44,682 nt of DNA from a virus (IMGVR_UViG_3300030376_003536:1-44682), one strand, 5' to 3'; counted from the stretch's first letter, positions 23,663 to 33,781 are shown. Notes: generated by a model from the sequence alone, not told the origin. Numbers and translations: made by a program.

Positions 23663-24974
23663 TTGGAAAAAAATAATCTTAAATGAAAGTAACAGCGTTG
23701 TAGCTAGTAATATTAGTTCCAGCGCTGTTACTACAGCTAAGATAGCTAATGATGCAGTAACAAATGCTAAGATTGGTAGTGGTGCAGTAGGTTCTGGTGA
23801 GTTAAGTAGTAATGCAGTAACAACTGCTAAGATTGCTGATGATGCAGTAACTAGTGCAAAAATTGCCGCTGGTGCAGTTGATATAGATGCTATAGGAGCT
23901 AATGCAGTAGACACATCTGAATTAAAAGATGGAGCAGTAACTAATGCTAAATTAGAAAACGGTTCTGTTGATAGATTTAAAATAGAAGCTTCTGGAATTA
24001 GGTCAGCTAATCTTGACAATGCTGCTGTAATAACAGCTAAAATAGCAGACTCTGCTGTAACTTCAATAAAGTTAGCATCAGGTGCTATTGACCACCCTTC
24101 TAAACTTGCTACAGGTGTTGTAGGTGCTGATGCAATAGATAGTAATGCAGTCAGAGCAGATGAATTAGCAGTTAGTGGCAATGGTACTACTTCACAATTT
24201 TTAAGGTCAGACGGAGATGGAACATTTACTTGGGCAACACCTGCTTCTGGTTTAACCTCTGTAAATAATAGTAATTGGAGTGGTACAGATTTACATATAC
24301 AAAATGGTGGAACAGGTGCATCAAGTGCTAGTTCTGCTAGAACTAATTTAGGATTAAGTCCTAATGATGATGTAGAATTTAATAATCTTGAACTTGGTAG
24401 TGATTTAATTGTAAACGGAGTGACTACTTTTTATGACAATATTACGTTTGCTGATAACTCAGCAATTAGAAGCTCACTAGGATTAAGTTCAACAAAGGTT
24501 TATTGGAATTGGAATTGTAGATGGTATACACGATATGGTTATTACTACTACCCTAATAGTACTTTTGGAAATAATGGTAACAATTGGTCAACAGGACAAA
24601 GTACAGAAAAGACTACTTGGTTAGCTTATCACAATCCTCCTTTTGTTGCTCCGTTTAATTTTACACTTAAAGAATGTTATCTTCGTGGTTCAACAAATTG
24701 GGGTAATACTTTTGAGCTTGTATTAAAAAAAGGTACTCCAAATTGGAGTAATAGCACAACAGATGTTAATATATCAAGTGTTAATGGTGGTGTTTTAGAA
24801 ACATTAGCTTGTACTACCAGCGCATTAAATGAATTAGGAGCAGGTAATTTGAGTGTATCTATAAATAAAGGCGATATACTTGTACCTCAAATGAGAAGAA
24901 CAACAAATACTGGTTCAGGTAGTTATGCTTTTTTTGTAGGTGAGTTTCAAATAATTGGAGATAGGAGTTTTTAA
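23655..24974 (+). CDS. Tail fibre protein 2
   Basis: N-terminus and 10 aa repeats paralogous to fibre 1, followed by FLRSDGDGT, GGTGAS..SARTNLGL and an aromatic-rich tip domain. Confidence 0.8.
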   Translation: MASWKKIILNESNSVVASNISSSAVTTAKIANDAVTNAKIGSGAVGSGELSSNAVTTAKIADDAVTSAKIAAGAVDIDAIGANAVDTSELKDGAVTNAKLENGSVDRFKIEASGIRSANLDNAAVITAKIADSAVTSIKLASGAIDHPSKLATGVVGADAIDSNAVRADELAVSGNGTTSQFLRSDGDGTFTWATPASGLTSVNNSNWSGTDLHIQNGGTGASSASSARTNLGLSPNDDVEFNNLELGSDLIVNGVTTFYDNITFADNSAIRSSLGLSSTKVYWNWNCRWYTRYGYYYYPNSTFGNNGNNWSTGQSTEKTTWLAYHNPPFVAPFNFTLKECYLRGSTNWGNTFELVLKKGTPNWSNSTTDVNISSVNGGVLETLACTTSALNELGAGNLSVSINKGDILVPQMRRTTNTGSGSYAFFVGEFQIIGDRSF

Positions 24975-25468
24975 TGGCTAGACCAAAGAAGTTTGCAATA
25001 CATAGAGGTAAAAGTTTAGAAACTAGAACTGATACTCAATTTAAAAATAAGATAGATGAGTTTGATGCTATCTATAAAAACTCTACAGATGGCACAGGTG
25101 GAGATGATTCTCCAGAAGCAGCTATGATAAAACAATTATTTGTTAAATGTGATGCAATTATTGATGATGTAGATACAATATCTTTAACACCTGGAGCTAA
25201 AGGCGATAAAGGTGATAAGGGAGATACAGGTTCTGCTGGAAGCAATGGTTCAGCTGGAGCTAAAGGAGACAAAGGAGACAAAGGAGATACTGGTGCAACT
25301 GGTGCTACAGGTGCTGCTGGTGCAAAAGGAGATAAAGGTGACACAGGAGCTGCTGGTTCAAATGCTAGTGTATCAGGATATGATGGTAAACTGCAAGTTG
25401 TTTATAATGCAAAAGGTCAAACAAGAGAATGGGTTTTTGAAAAAGGATTATTAAAAAGCGTAAAATGA
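24974..25468 (+). CDS. Collagen-like protein
   Basis: 19 consecutive Gly-X-Y triplets at 25193-25363. Confidence 0.85.
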   Translation: MARPKKFAIHRGKSLETRTDTQFKNKIDEFDAIYKNSTDGTGGDDSPEAAMIKQLFVKCDAIIDDVDTISLTPGAKGDKGDKGDTGSAGSNGSAGAKGDKGDKGDTGATGATGAAGAKGDKGDTGAAGSNASVSGYDGKLQVVYNAKGQTREWVFEKGLLKSVK

Positions 25469-25962
25469 TATTAAGTAATAAAGGAAATAGTCTTGCTGAG
25501 TTTGCAGTTACCATGGCTATCATGGCTACTTTGGCTACTACTGCCGCTCCTGCTTTTAGTCGTATCGGTGAGGGAGCTAAAGCGAAACAAACAAAAGCAA
25601 ATTTAGAAAAAATTACTAAAGCGTCTACGATGTGGTACAATCAACAAGTTGAAGTAAATGGCATGGGTAAGTTCCCATCTCAACCACATCGCACAGTTAG
25701 TGTAGGCGAAGTTATTGATTATAATAACAATCGTAGAGTAGAACCAGAAGAGATACTTAATGGTACTTATGTTCCTGTTTTTAGCGACACTAGCTTTTTA
25801 CATCTTTTTGATAATGACACAATTAAGTCGCCTTATCAAGAAGGCAGATATTTATATGCAATTATTGGTGGTTCTGGAACAGGAAATACTATTGTATCTC
25901 CTATCTTTGTTGTTATTGATGCAGAGAATCCAGAAGATTTTCACAAGTATTACAAACCATGA
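25465..25962 (+). CDS. Type IV pilin/pseudopilin-like protein
   Basis: Short basic leader, KG|NSLAEF with Glu+5, a hydrophobic helix ending at Pro+22, and later SPY...Y.Y. Confidence 0.75.
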   Translation: MILSNKGNSLAEFAVTMAIMATLATTAAPAFSRIGEGAKAKQTKANLEKITKASTMWYNQQVEVNGMGKFPSQPHRTVSVGEVIDYNNNRRVEPEEILNGTYVPVFSDTSFLHLFDNDTIKSPYQEGRYLYAIIGGSGTGNTIVSPIFVVIDAENPEDFHKYYKP

Positions 25963-26282
25963 ACGATGAGAAGACGTACAGAAGTTATGGGGTCACTAAA
26001 CTTGACGATAATATGCGGATTAGTCTTAACATTAAGTGGCTTGGGCAAATTATCGTTGGAGTTGGCATCATTGTTATGGGGTACTTACGTATTGAAAATC
26101 GCATTGGAGAACTTGAGCGTAGAATGGAACTTGCTAATACCAGAATTGAAGACCTTGTCAGTAAGCATATAGAAGAAGAAGAAGTTAAAATAACACAAAT
26201 GCAAGAACAATTAGAATGGTATCAACAAGAATTAAATTTAAATCCTTTATCTTGGGGAAAGAAAAAAAGGAAGAGAAAGTAG
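25959..26282 (+). CDS. Single-TM coiled-coil protein
   Basis: One TM helix followed by heptads and a basic tail. Confidence 0.65.
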   Translation: MNDEKTYRSYGVTKLDDNMRISLNIKWLGQIIVGVGIIVMGYLRIENRIGELERRMELANTRIEDLVSKHIEEEEVKITQMQEQLEWYQQELNLNPLSWGKKKRKRK

Positions 26283-26349
26283 TCTTAACAGAAGATGACT
26301 TTAATCACAATTATTTTATTAACAGAGAGTTGCGGAGGGTCAAAGAGTA

Positions 26350-26667
26350 GTGGATTTTTTAGCAGTTTATTCAGAAGCAGGGATGATAGGTGTTGTAGGA
26401 GCGATGTTTGTGTTTATGGTATATTCAATGAACAAGCGTGGTAATGAACAAGCTGAGTCATTGCAGAATTTAAAAATAGAAAATAAAGGACAAAGTGAAA
26501 CACTTGAAAACATGGAAAGTATGGTTATTAAGCTTATTAACAGGTGGAATAAAAGTGACGACAAACTTGACAGGAAGTTTGATTCACTTACGAAGGAAAT
26601 TAATGATTTGGACAATCAAGTATCGGAAATAAAAGGTAGTTTATCTAGAGTAAACGGAAAACACTAG
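26350..26667 (+). CDS. Single-TM coiled-coil protein (holin- or spanin-like candidate)
   Basis: GTG start and N-terminal TM helix, near the endolysin. Confidence 0.6.
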   Translation: MDFLAVYSEAGMIGVVGAMFVFMVYSMNKRGNEQAESLQNLKIENKGQSETLENMESMVIKLINRWNKSDDKLDRKFDSLTKEINDLDNQVSEIKGSLSRVNGKH

Positions 26668-26675
26668 GAGTAATT

Positions 26676-26963
26676 ATGGCAACTAAAAAAGATTCTAAAT
26701 TAAAAAGAGCTGGCGTATCTGGGTATAATAAACCCAAGCGTACTCCAAGTCATCCTAAGAAGTCTCATGTAGTTGTAGCTAAAGTAGGAGAAACTACTAA
26801 GCTAATACGATTTGGACAGCAAGGTGTAAAAGGAGCTGGAAAGAATCCTAAGTCAGCTAAAGATAAAGCAAGACGTAAATCGTATTATGCTAGACATAAT
26901 GCACAAGATTCTAAACCAAGTAAATTAAGTGCTAGGTATTGGTCTCATAAGGTAAAATGGTAA
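26676..26963 (+). CDS. Small highly basic phage protein
   Basis: KLIRFGQQG...RRKSYYARH...SARYWS..VKW, with an AGGAG RBS. Confidence 0.8.
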   Translation: MATKKDSKLKRAGVSGYNKPKRTPSHPKKSHVVVAKVGETTKLIRFGQQGVKGAGKNPKSAKDKARRKSYYARHNAQDSKPSKLSARYWSHKVKW

Positions 26964-27091
26964 TGGCTAAAAAAGTAAGTTGGATGTGGGGTGGCAAGCG
27001 TTATTCTGGTACATTGATTAGGGAAACAAAAACACATAAGTTTGCTAGAACGCACAACGGAAAAATAAAAAAGATAGTTAAGAAGAAATAA
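26963..27091 (+). CDS. 42 aa basic beta-rich protein (MAKKVSWMWGGKRYSGT...), not in the ORF track
   Basis: TAATG coupling at both ends. Confidence 0.65.
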   Translation: MAKKVSWMWGGKRYSGTLIRETKTHKFARTHNGKIKKIVKKK

Positions 27092-27237
27092 TGGACAGCT
27101 TAAAAGTAACATCAGCAAGTATATTTAATTATGGTTTGTCTCTAGCACATGCAAGTTTATTCTTACAATGTGTTGTAGCAATAATGACTATAATTTATTT
27201 GAGTTATAAAATAAACATAATAAGGAAAGTAAAATGA
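27091..27237 (+). CDS. 48 aa hydrophobic protein, holin candidate, not in the ORF track
   Basis: TM helix LFLQCVVAIMTIIYLSY and a basic C-terminus, coupled to both neighbours. Confidence 0.55.
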   Translation: MDSLKVTSASIFNYGLSLAHASLFLQCVVAIMTIIYLSYKINIIRKVK

Positions 27238-27467
27238 GTAAAGCAATATTAGCAGGAATTATAGATAAAGCTAAAGACCATATTGTAAACGAATATGCAG
27301 ATGGAATGGTAGACCATATACAATCTGATGAGTTTAAAGAAGTCTTAGCATCTAAGATTAATAAAAAAATAGACATACCTTTTGTATCTGAAGAAAAAGA
27401 ACAGATATTTTTTGAAAAGTGTGTTGATTTAGTTACTGATGTAATTGAAGGTATAGTAAAGAAGTAA
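27234..27467 (+). CDS. Hypothetical protein
   Basis: INKKIDIPFVSEEKE motif, coupled to the endolysin gene. Confidence 0.7.
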   Translation: MSKAILAGIIDKAKDHIVNEYADGMVDHIQSDEFKEVLASKINKKIDIPFVSEEKEQIFFEKCVDLVTDVIEGIVKK

Positions 27468-27865
27468 TGCCAAAATTTGGCAAAAGATCTCGTGAAAGAC
27501 TAAAAGGGGTAGACTCTAGATTAGTAGAAGTTTTAACTGAAGTATGTAAGTACTTTGATATAACTGTAATAGAGGGTTTAAGAAGTCAGGAGAGACAAAA
27601 TGAGTTGGTTGAGCAAGGCAAAAGCAAAACTAAATTTGGTAAGCATGTCGATGGGAAAGCTGTGGACATTGCTCCTTATCCAATTGATTGGAACGCTAGG
27701 GATGATTTTCATTACCTTGGTGGTTTTGTTTTGGGCATAGCAGCAAGCAAGGGGATTAACATTCGTTGGGGAGGCGACTGGAGTGATTCAAGTTTGAGTC
27801 AAGGTAGAAGAACTACCAAAGACAATAATTTTGACGATTTAGTTCACTTCGAGATAAAAGAGTAA
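27467..27865 (+). CDS. Endolysin, peptidase M15 (L-Ala-D-Glu peptidase-like)
   Basis: EGLRS..RQ..L...G.S, H-x6-D (HVDGKAVD), WGGDW and D.VHFE. Confidence 0.9.
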   Translation: MPKFGKRSRERLKGVDSRLVEVLTEVCKYFDITVIEGLRSQERQNELVEQGKSKTKFGKHVDGKAVDIAPYPIDWNARDDFHYLGGFVLGIAASKGINIRWGGDWSDSSLSQGRRTTKDNNFDDLVHFEIKE

Positions 27866-27879
27866 CATGGGAGTTTACT

Positions 27880-28641
27880 GTGAAAATAAAAGACAGAGTG
27901 GTTATCTTTCCAGATACACACTTTCCAAACCACGATAAAAAGGCATTTGCATGTGCATTAAATGTAATAAAAGAAGCAAAGCCTTCAGCTTTTTTACTAT
28001 TAGGAGATACAATTGATGGTGAAAGCGTTAGTCATTGGCAATGGTCTAAAAAGAAAAGACCACCAGTTGAGTATCAATTACCAGCAATAGATAAGGAGAT
28101 AGCTTATGGAAATAAAGGATTGGATGAGATTGATGAAGTTTTACAATTGGTACAATGCAAGAAAAAAATCTTTGCACAAGGAAACCACGAAATCTGGTTT
28201 GACAACTTTGTTGAAGAAAACCCATACTTAGATAAATATTTAAGTAGAACAGCATTTAAATTTGATGAGCGTGGATATGAATGGCATAAATATGGAGAAG
28301 TCTTCAAAGTACTTGGTAGCAAATTGTACGCTTACCATGGGGGGCATTACATGGGAGTGTCACACGCAAGGACTCATGCCTTGCAATTGGGATGCAACGT
28401 CATCTATGGACATACCCATGATTGTCAAAAAGCCACAATCCAACACATTAGCGGAAGCCACATGGCTCATTCAATGGGATGTTTAACTGATATGACTAAA
28501 AGTTATTTAAAAGGTAGACCAACTAATTGGAGTCATAATGTAGGTGTTTGTGATATTTTGTCTAACGGAAATTTTAATTTAGTAGTTTTAACAATTAATG
28601 ATGGCTACACAACATATAATGGAAAAATAATAAGTGCCTAA
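27880..28641 (+). CDS. Calcineurin-like metallophosphoesterase
   Basis: DTH, GD..D, GNHE, HG and GHTH motifs in the canonical order. Confidence 0.9.
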   Translation: MKIKDRVVIFPDTHFPNHDKKAFACALNVIKEAKPSAFLLLGDTIDGESVSHWQWSKKKRPPVEYQLPAIDKEIAYGNKGLDEIDEVLQLVQCKKKIFAQGNHEIWFDNFVEENPYLDKYLSRTAFKFDERGYEWHKYGEVFKVLGSKLYAYHGGHYMGVSHARTHALQLGCNVIYGHTHDCQKATIQHISGSHMAHSMGCLTDMTKSYLKGRPTNWSHNVGVCDILSNGNFNLVVLTINDGYTTYNGKIISA

Positions 28642-31600
28642 AGATTTATTTGAAATAAAGCAATTTGAAACTGGCAATGTCTATAATGCAGATGATAGGG
28701 ATATTCCAGATGACGCTGCTGTTTATAGTGAAAATATAGACCCTTATAGTCAAGCTGGTTCCTTAATGGGTATCCATGCAGACACAGCTGTAAAAGCAGG
28801 TGTTGATACTACAAGGATGGCTATAATAAATGACAATGGTACACACAGGCTAGTATATATAGATAAATCAGACTTTGATATAAAAAAGGTTGATGATGTA
28901 CATGGTACACCTAGCGCACCTGCAGTTGTTGAATCTGGTACATTTGGAACTAGCAGCAGTATTGCAGCAATGCAAGTTAATAATAAAGAAGTCCATGTAG
29001 GTATTGGAAAAGACAAAGACCCTAAATGGATTGGAATTATTCCTCATGGTCAATTTCAAGCTACTCCTCCAAGTGGCATTCAATCAACTACAGCTGAATT
29101 ATTTTCTCCTAATCCATTTCCATTAATGCATGCAGTTGTTGCTGATTCTACAAATACATATGTATATGGAATACAAGATAATGGAAGATTTGTTTATAAG
29201 TTTGATGTAGCTACAGGAACTTTAGTTAAACGCTCAGAATATTTTTTTACATCAACACAAGCTATAACATTTGCTAGTGATGGTAATTTATATGTAGCTG
29301 ACCAAGTAGCATCTAATTTTACAATGTTAAAAATAGATAAGGATAATATGGATGTAATTACTAGTAGGGTAATTACAGGAACTACAGGCATTACAGATTT
29401 AATGATATGTGGTAATACAATGTGGTTAGCTAGAGGTAATTATAGTGGTAATACATTTTTGTATAATATTTCTGTTAGTAATCTTAGTACAGGTTCTACA
29501 CCTGTAGCTGCTACAAACAGAAGTCCTTTTATGGGGATAGACCAATCTGCTAATACAGCTGCTGGAGATTGGGCAACTAATCATGACCAAAGAATAGCAG
29601 TAAGTATGAGTATACCTAAGTTACCCCTTATTAGAGTTACAGGTACTAATAGCTATGTTGGTATAGCAACTTATGTAAAGCCTTCAGAAAGTACTGCATA
29701 TGTAAGATTTTATTGGGGTAGTAATAATGATGATTTTACAGGTGGAAATACTATCAATGGTGCATCAAGTCCTAAAGGAGCAGTAAGATGGTGGGCGCAT
29801 GTTATTAGAGATAATTATACAGCAGGTCAAAAATTAGATACAATTACAAAAGGAGCTTGTTATGCTTTTAGTCAAGTTTATAATAAAACATATGATAAAG
29901 TTTATCAAGTAAAGCAAACTAGCAATTCAACTTATTTAAATTTTGTTGAAGAAGGTTCTTCTTCTAATGTGACTAGTCTATTCCGTCAAAATAAATTAGC
30001 GTATAATCATACTGATAGTAATTTAATTGACATCACTAGAAATAACGTAGGAACTGATATAGATATAGAGGATGCAATATTAGATGAGATAAGTGCTTCT
30101 TATAATGTATTTTCTTCTGGTGGTCAGGTAAGATGGGCAGCTGGAAATTCTGGATCCCTTGCTAAAAAAGCAGAAGGTGAAGTAGAATTAATTATAACTA
30201 ATAATACAACTGTTAGTGGTAGTTTAAATCCTGCTCATGACCATTTTTATGCAACATCTTTTACATATGATGGTTATCAAGAATCTCCATTATCGTCTTG
30301 GTTACATTTAGATAATGGTAGTATTAGTCAAGATGCTTTAAATGTAGACATAGGTTTATACATTTCTAATTTAAATAAAAGAGTTACACATGTTAATCTA
30401 TATAGGTCTAGTGCATCGTCTGGTAATGCTGTACAACCAGCAGGGTTTTTTAGATTAATCAAAAGCATTCCTTTAAAATCAGGATGGTTAGAAGAAGATT
30501 CTAGTACAACTAATCCAAATTGGGGTAACCATTATAATAAAACAATTATTGATGATGGTGTATCTTATGCATCATATGAAGCAAGAACTGGAATGTCAGA
30601 AGCTTTAATAAATACTATACCTAAGTATAGTTTAAGTGCTAAAGTAAATAACTTTTTATATGTATCGGGATGTTCTCATCCAGATATAGATGATGCAACT
30701 AATTATTTATTTAAATCTAGACCATTTAATTTTGACCAATTTAATGTTATAAGAGATTATTTATTACTACCTAATACAGCTACAGCAATGGAAACATTTA
30801 ATGGTAGGCTGTATGTTTATTCTGAAAATGAAACATATGTAATAAATCCAGATGGTATGTTTATAGAAGATACTATAAAAGGCATAGGTTGTAGAAATCA
30901 AAATTCTGTTATAGCATCAGATGTTGGTTTATGTTGGATGGATAGAAATAGTGTATATTATCATGATGGTAGTAAAATAAATGATATAGGTAGAAGAATA
31001 AAGAAAGCTCATCAATTAGATGATGTTAGAAATAGTTATAGTGCATTAGATAATTTAACTGAATTTAATAGTACTAATTATGGTGGCGATATTGTATTAG
31101 GATATGATGGATATAGAAAATCATTTTGCTTTTTCTATCAATACAAATTTGATACCTCAACTAGTTTTACACACAGCGTTAGTCTTACTGCTGGTTCAGA
31201 ATTTGTAAGTCATGGAGGTAATAATTCTTTAGCAATAGGTCAAACTGTAACAAATTCAAATCTTCCTAGTGGAAGTTCAACAATAGTTGCTATAGGAGAT
31301 GCAAATACTTTTGAACTAGACGCACCAGCAAATAATACTTTTACTGGTAATGTAACAGTTACTACTACAGTAAATAATTATGTGCCACAATGTTTAGTAT
31401 ATACAGTACCTAAAAATAGATGGGATGTCTGGAACAGACCTTATCCTACTACAACTAATCTTCTTACACTTGGTGCTATAAATGGTAAAGCTAATGAGCT
31501 AATAGTATCTGATAGTCTTAATGGATTAATTAAACCTTTTAATCCTAAGAATAATACAAGGTTAGATAATTTTATATGGTATAGTAAAAAATTTACAATG

Positions 31601-31834
31601 GGTGAAAGCACAGCAGATAAAAAGTTTTATAAAGCAGAGATATTATCTGAAGATAGCACACCTACTATATTAGTTAATACAACAGAAAATAGTGGAGCTT
31701 ACTCAGCATTATCTACGAAAAGAACTGCTAGGCATGCTCAAGTTAAGCTTTCAGTAACAGGTGATGCTACAGCTACAATAGATGGCATGAGGCTTGTTTT
31801 TAGAAGGTTAAAAAGAACTAAGGATATGTCGTGA
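28634..31834 (+). CDS. Tail nozzle / tubular stabilisation protein
   Basis: Large beta-rich protein with DIPDDA...ENID start, IGC....SV and WYSKKF motifs, just before the ejection genes. Confidence 0.65.
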   Translation: MPKDLFEIKQFETGNVYNADDRDIPDDAAVYSENIDPYSQAGSLMGIHADTAVKAGVDTTRMAIINDNGTHRLVYIDKSDFDIKKVDDVHGTPSAPAVVESGTFGTSSSIAAMQVNNKEVHVGIGKDKDPKWIGIIPHGQFQATPPSGIQSTTAELFSPNPFPLMHAVVADSTNTYVYGIQDNGRFVYKFDVATGTLVKRSEYFFTSTQAITFASDGNLYVADQVASNFTMLKIDKDNMDVITSRVITGTTGITDLMICGNTMWLARGNYSGNTFLYNISVSNLSTGSTPVAATNRSPFMGIDQSANTAAGDWATNHDQRIAVSMSIPKLPLIRVTGTNSYVGIATYVKPSESTAYVRFYWGSNNDDFTGGNTINGASSPKGAVRWWAHVIRDNYTAGQKLDTITKGACYAFSQVYNKTYDKVYQVKQTSNSTYLNFVEEGSSSNVTSLFRQNKLAYNHTDSNLIDITRNNVGTDIDIEDAILDEISASYNVFSSGGQVRWAAGNSGSLAKKAEGEVELIITNNTTVSGSLNPAHDHFYATSFTYDGYQESPLSSWLHLDNGSISQDALNVDIGLYISNLNKRVTHVNLYRSSASSGNAVQPAGFFRLIKSIPLKSGWLEEDSSTTNPNWGNHYNKTIIDDGVSYASYEARTGMSEALINTIPKYSLSAKVNNFLYVSGCSHPDIDDATNYLFKSRPFNFDQFNVIRDYLLLPNTATAMETFNGRLYVYSENETYVINPDGMFIEDTIKGIGCRNQNSVIASDVGLCWMDRNSVYYHDGSKINDIGRRIKKAHQLDDVRNSYSALDNLTEFNSTNYGGDIVLGYDGYRKSFCFFYQYKFDTSTSFTHSVSLTAGSEFVSHGGNNSLAIGQTVTNSNLPSGSSTIVAIGDANTFELDAPANNTFTGNVTVTTTVNNYVPQCLVYTVPKNRWDVWNRPYPTTTNLLTLGAINGKANELIVSDSLNGLIKPFNPKNNTRLDNFIWYSKKFTMGESTADKKFYKAEILSEDSTPTILVNTTENSGAYSALSTKRTARHAQVKLSVTGDATATIDGMRLVFRRLKRTKDMS

Positions 31835-32082
31835 TAAGTAAGAAGCGTTCACAAAGAATTAATGATAATAACATGCAAAGAGTTATAGATAAAATCTATG
31901 ATGATTTAAATGAATTAATAGATGCAGTAAATAATAAAGATACTATTCTGCTTCCAGACGAGTCTGCTGGAAAAGAAGGTAATATAAGAGTTATAAGGTC
32001 ACCTGATGGTGGTTCTTATAAAATACAAGGGCGTACTAGCGAAGGCTGGGCAAGTACATCTTTAAATTTAAACGAGGAGTAA
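31831..32082 (+). CDS. Small tail-associated protein
   Basis: GTGA overlap, with a helix followed by beta strands. Confidence 0.6.
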   Translation: MISKKRSQRINDNNMQRVIDKIYDDLNELIDAVNNKDTILLPDESAGKEGNIRVIRSPDGGSYKIQGRTSEGWASTSLNLNEE

Positions 32083-32085
32083 ACT

Positions 32086-33117
32086 ATGCCGCCAAATAAT
32101 AATAATTTTTTAAGTCAATTTAGTAATCTTGCACCATCGTTGCAGGATTATGGAACTAACGCACCATTAGCACCCCCTTATGACCCAAGTACAGGTATAA
32201 GTTTACCAGCAGCTAATACGTCAGCATTTTCAAATGTTCCGTCACCAGCTGCTTTACCTCAAATGGGAGTATTAAGTGGTTCAATGCCAAGTTTTCGTAC
32301 AGGAGGTAGTTTGTTAGGAGGAGTAGCACCAGTTGTTTCTGGAGGTGCTGCTGTTCCAACTGCTACACCTCAAATGGGAACTTTAGGTAAGTTAGGATTA
32401 ATGGCAGGTAAGTATGGAGGTATGTTAAGTAAAGGTATAGGATTGCTTGGTGGTATTTCTCCTGTAGGTGCTGGTTTATTTGGATTAATGGGTTTAGCTT
32501 CTGCTAGAAGAAACAGACCTAAAGATATAGATATAGATTTTGAATTTGATTTAGCTAAATCTCAATACAATCCTAATTCTATGCTACAAGATAACATGCG
32601 TAGTCTTAGAGGATTGGGAGGTACATTCCAACAACAAGCTACAGATATGTTAAATCCTAATTCAACATATAATCAAAGACAATTTGATACATTAAGAAGA
32701 AGTGTAGGTGATACATCAGCACAAAGCATAAATGCAATGAATGCAGCTATGGCTTCTAGAGGTAATATGGGTATGGGTAATTTATACGATGCTATCTCAA
32801 GTAGACAAGCTGGTGACCAATTTGCACAAGGACAAATGGGTATACTTAATCAAGGTACTCAATTAGCAGGTCAAATGGCTAACACAGCTATGGGTGCATA
32901 TGGTCAATCTGGACAACTTGCTGCTGGTGTAGATTCTAGAACTTTACAGAATCAGCAATTTAATACTCAAAATGAAAACACATATAACCAACAACTAAAA
33001 ATGGCTGAATATAATCAAGCAGTACAAAACCAAAATGCAAGAGCTGCATATGGTCAAAGTCAAAGTAACAACATGTTTAATTTAGCTGGTACCTTTTTAG
33101 GTTTGGGAAGGAAATAA
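32086..33117 (+). CDS. Internal virion (ejection) protein
   Basis: Gly/Ala/Gln/Asn-rich with Gly-rich hydrophobic segments, in the typical podoviral position. Confidence 0.7.
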   Translation: MPPNNNNFLSQFSNLAPSLQDYGTNAPLAPPYDPSTGISLPAANTSAFSNVPSPAALPQMGVLSGSMPSFRTGGSLLGGVAPVVSGGAAVPTATPQMGTLGKLGLMAGKYGGMLSKGIGLLGGISPVGAGLFGLMGLASARRNRPKDIDIDFEFDLAKSQYNPNSMLQDNMRSLRGLGGTFQQQATDMLNPNSTYNQRQFDTLRRSVGDTSAQSINAMNAAMASRGNMGMGNLYDAISSRQAGDQFAQGQMGILNQGTQLAGQMANTAMGAYGQSGQLAAGVDSRTLQNQQFNTQNENTYNQQLKMAEYNQAVQNQNARAAYGQSQSNNMFNLAGTFLGLGRK

Positions 33118-33118
33118 T

Positions 33119-33781
33119 ATGATTGTACCAAATATGCAAACAAGGTTTACTGGGTATAATTCTCAGGGAACAGGTAATCTTTTAAATGCAGTAATGCAAA
33201 AAAGACAACAAGACATAACAGAAGATATGGCGGCAGCTTCTAGAAAATTGCAAAGAGAAGGAATGCAATTACAAAGAGATCTAGCTGCAGATAGAAATAG
33301 CTTAACTTCTCAAGGTTTGGCTCAACAAAAAGATATGAATGATGCTCAAATAAAAGATTTGAACAACAGGATTCAACAAAGACTTGCTGACAATGCTTAC
33401 AGAGATAAAGTATTTAACTTGTCAAATCAATTGAGACAAGAAGATGTTAAATATAAAAAAGGTCTGGCAGTAGAAGGAATAAATAAAGCTATTTCAGAAG
33501 AAGGTGAGGCTGATAGACAAAGGAATAAAACTAAGTTTATTGAAAATAGTATGAAGAATCCTTTTAATATAAAGAGTGAAGCTGAATTAGGTGTTGAGTT
33601 TGATAAGCTTGCTCCAGAGCAAAAGTATGAACCTAACATGGAAAGACTAATAGGAAGCAGTCCTAATGTTGCACCTAATAGTAATGTAGGTCAGATGGTT
33701 CCCCAAGACCAAAGAAATCAAACTAACTTTTTAAATATGTTGATGTTAAATCAACTAGGTAACATGAGAGGACAATACTAA
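33119..33781 (+). CDS. Internal virion (ejection) protein
   Basis: Gln-rich coiled coil in the ejection cluster. Confidence 0.65.
   Translation: MIVPNMQTRFTGYNSQGTGNLLNAVMQKRQQDITEDMAAASRKLQREGMQLQRDLAADRNSLTSQGLAQQKDMNDAQIKDLNNRIQQRLADNAYRDKVFNLSNQLRQEDVKYKKGLAVEGINKAISEEGEADRQRNKTKFIENSMKNPFNIKSEAELGVEFDKLAPEQKYEPNMERLIGSSPNVAPNSNVGQMVPQDQRNQTNFLNMLMLNQLGNMRGQY

Noticed and set aside
21839-24974. Diversity-generating retroelement or invertible tail-fibre system
   Set aside because: There is no reverse transcriptase or recombinase gene, no adenine-specific TR/VR pair, and both fibres are in the same orientation.
23639-25454. Antisense and alternative-frame ORFs over the fibre and collagen genes
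   Set aside because: Shadow frames of repetitive Ala/Gly-rich codons. The same applies to the antisense ORFs inside the portal, capsid, nozzle and 2877 aa genes.
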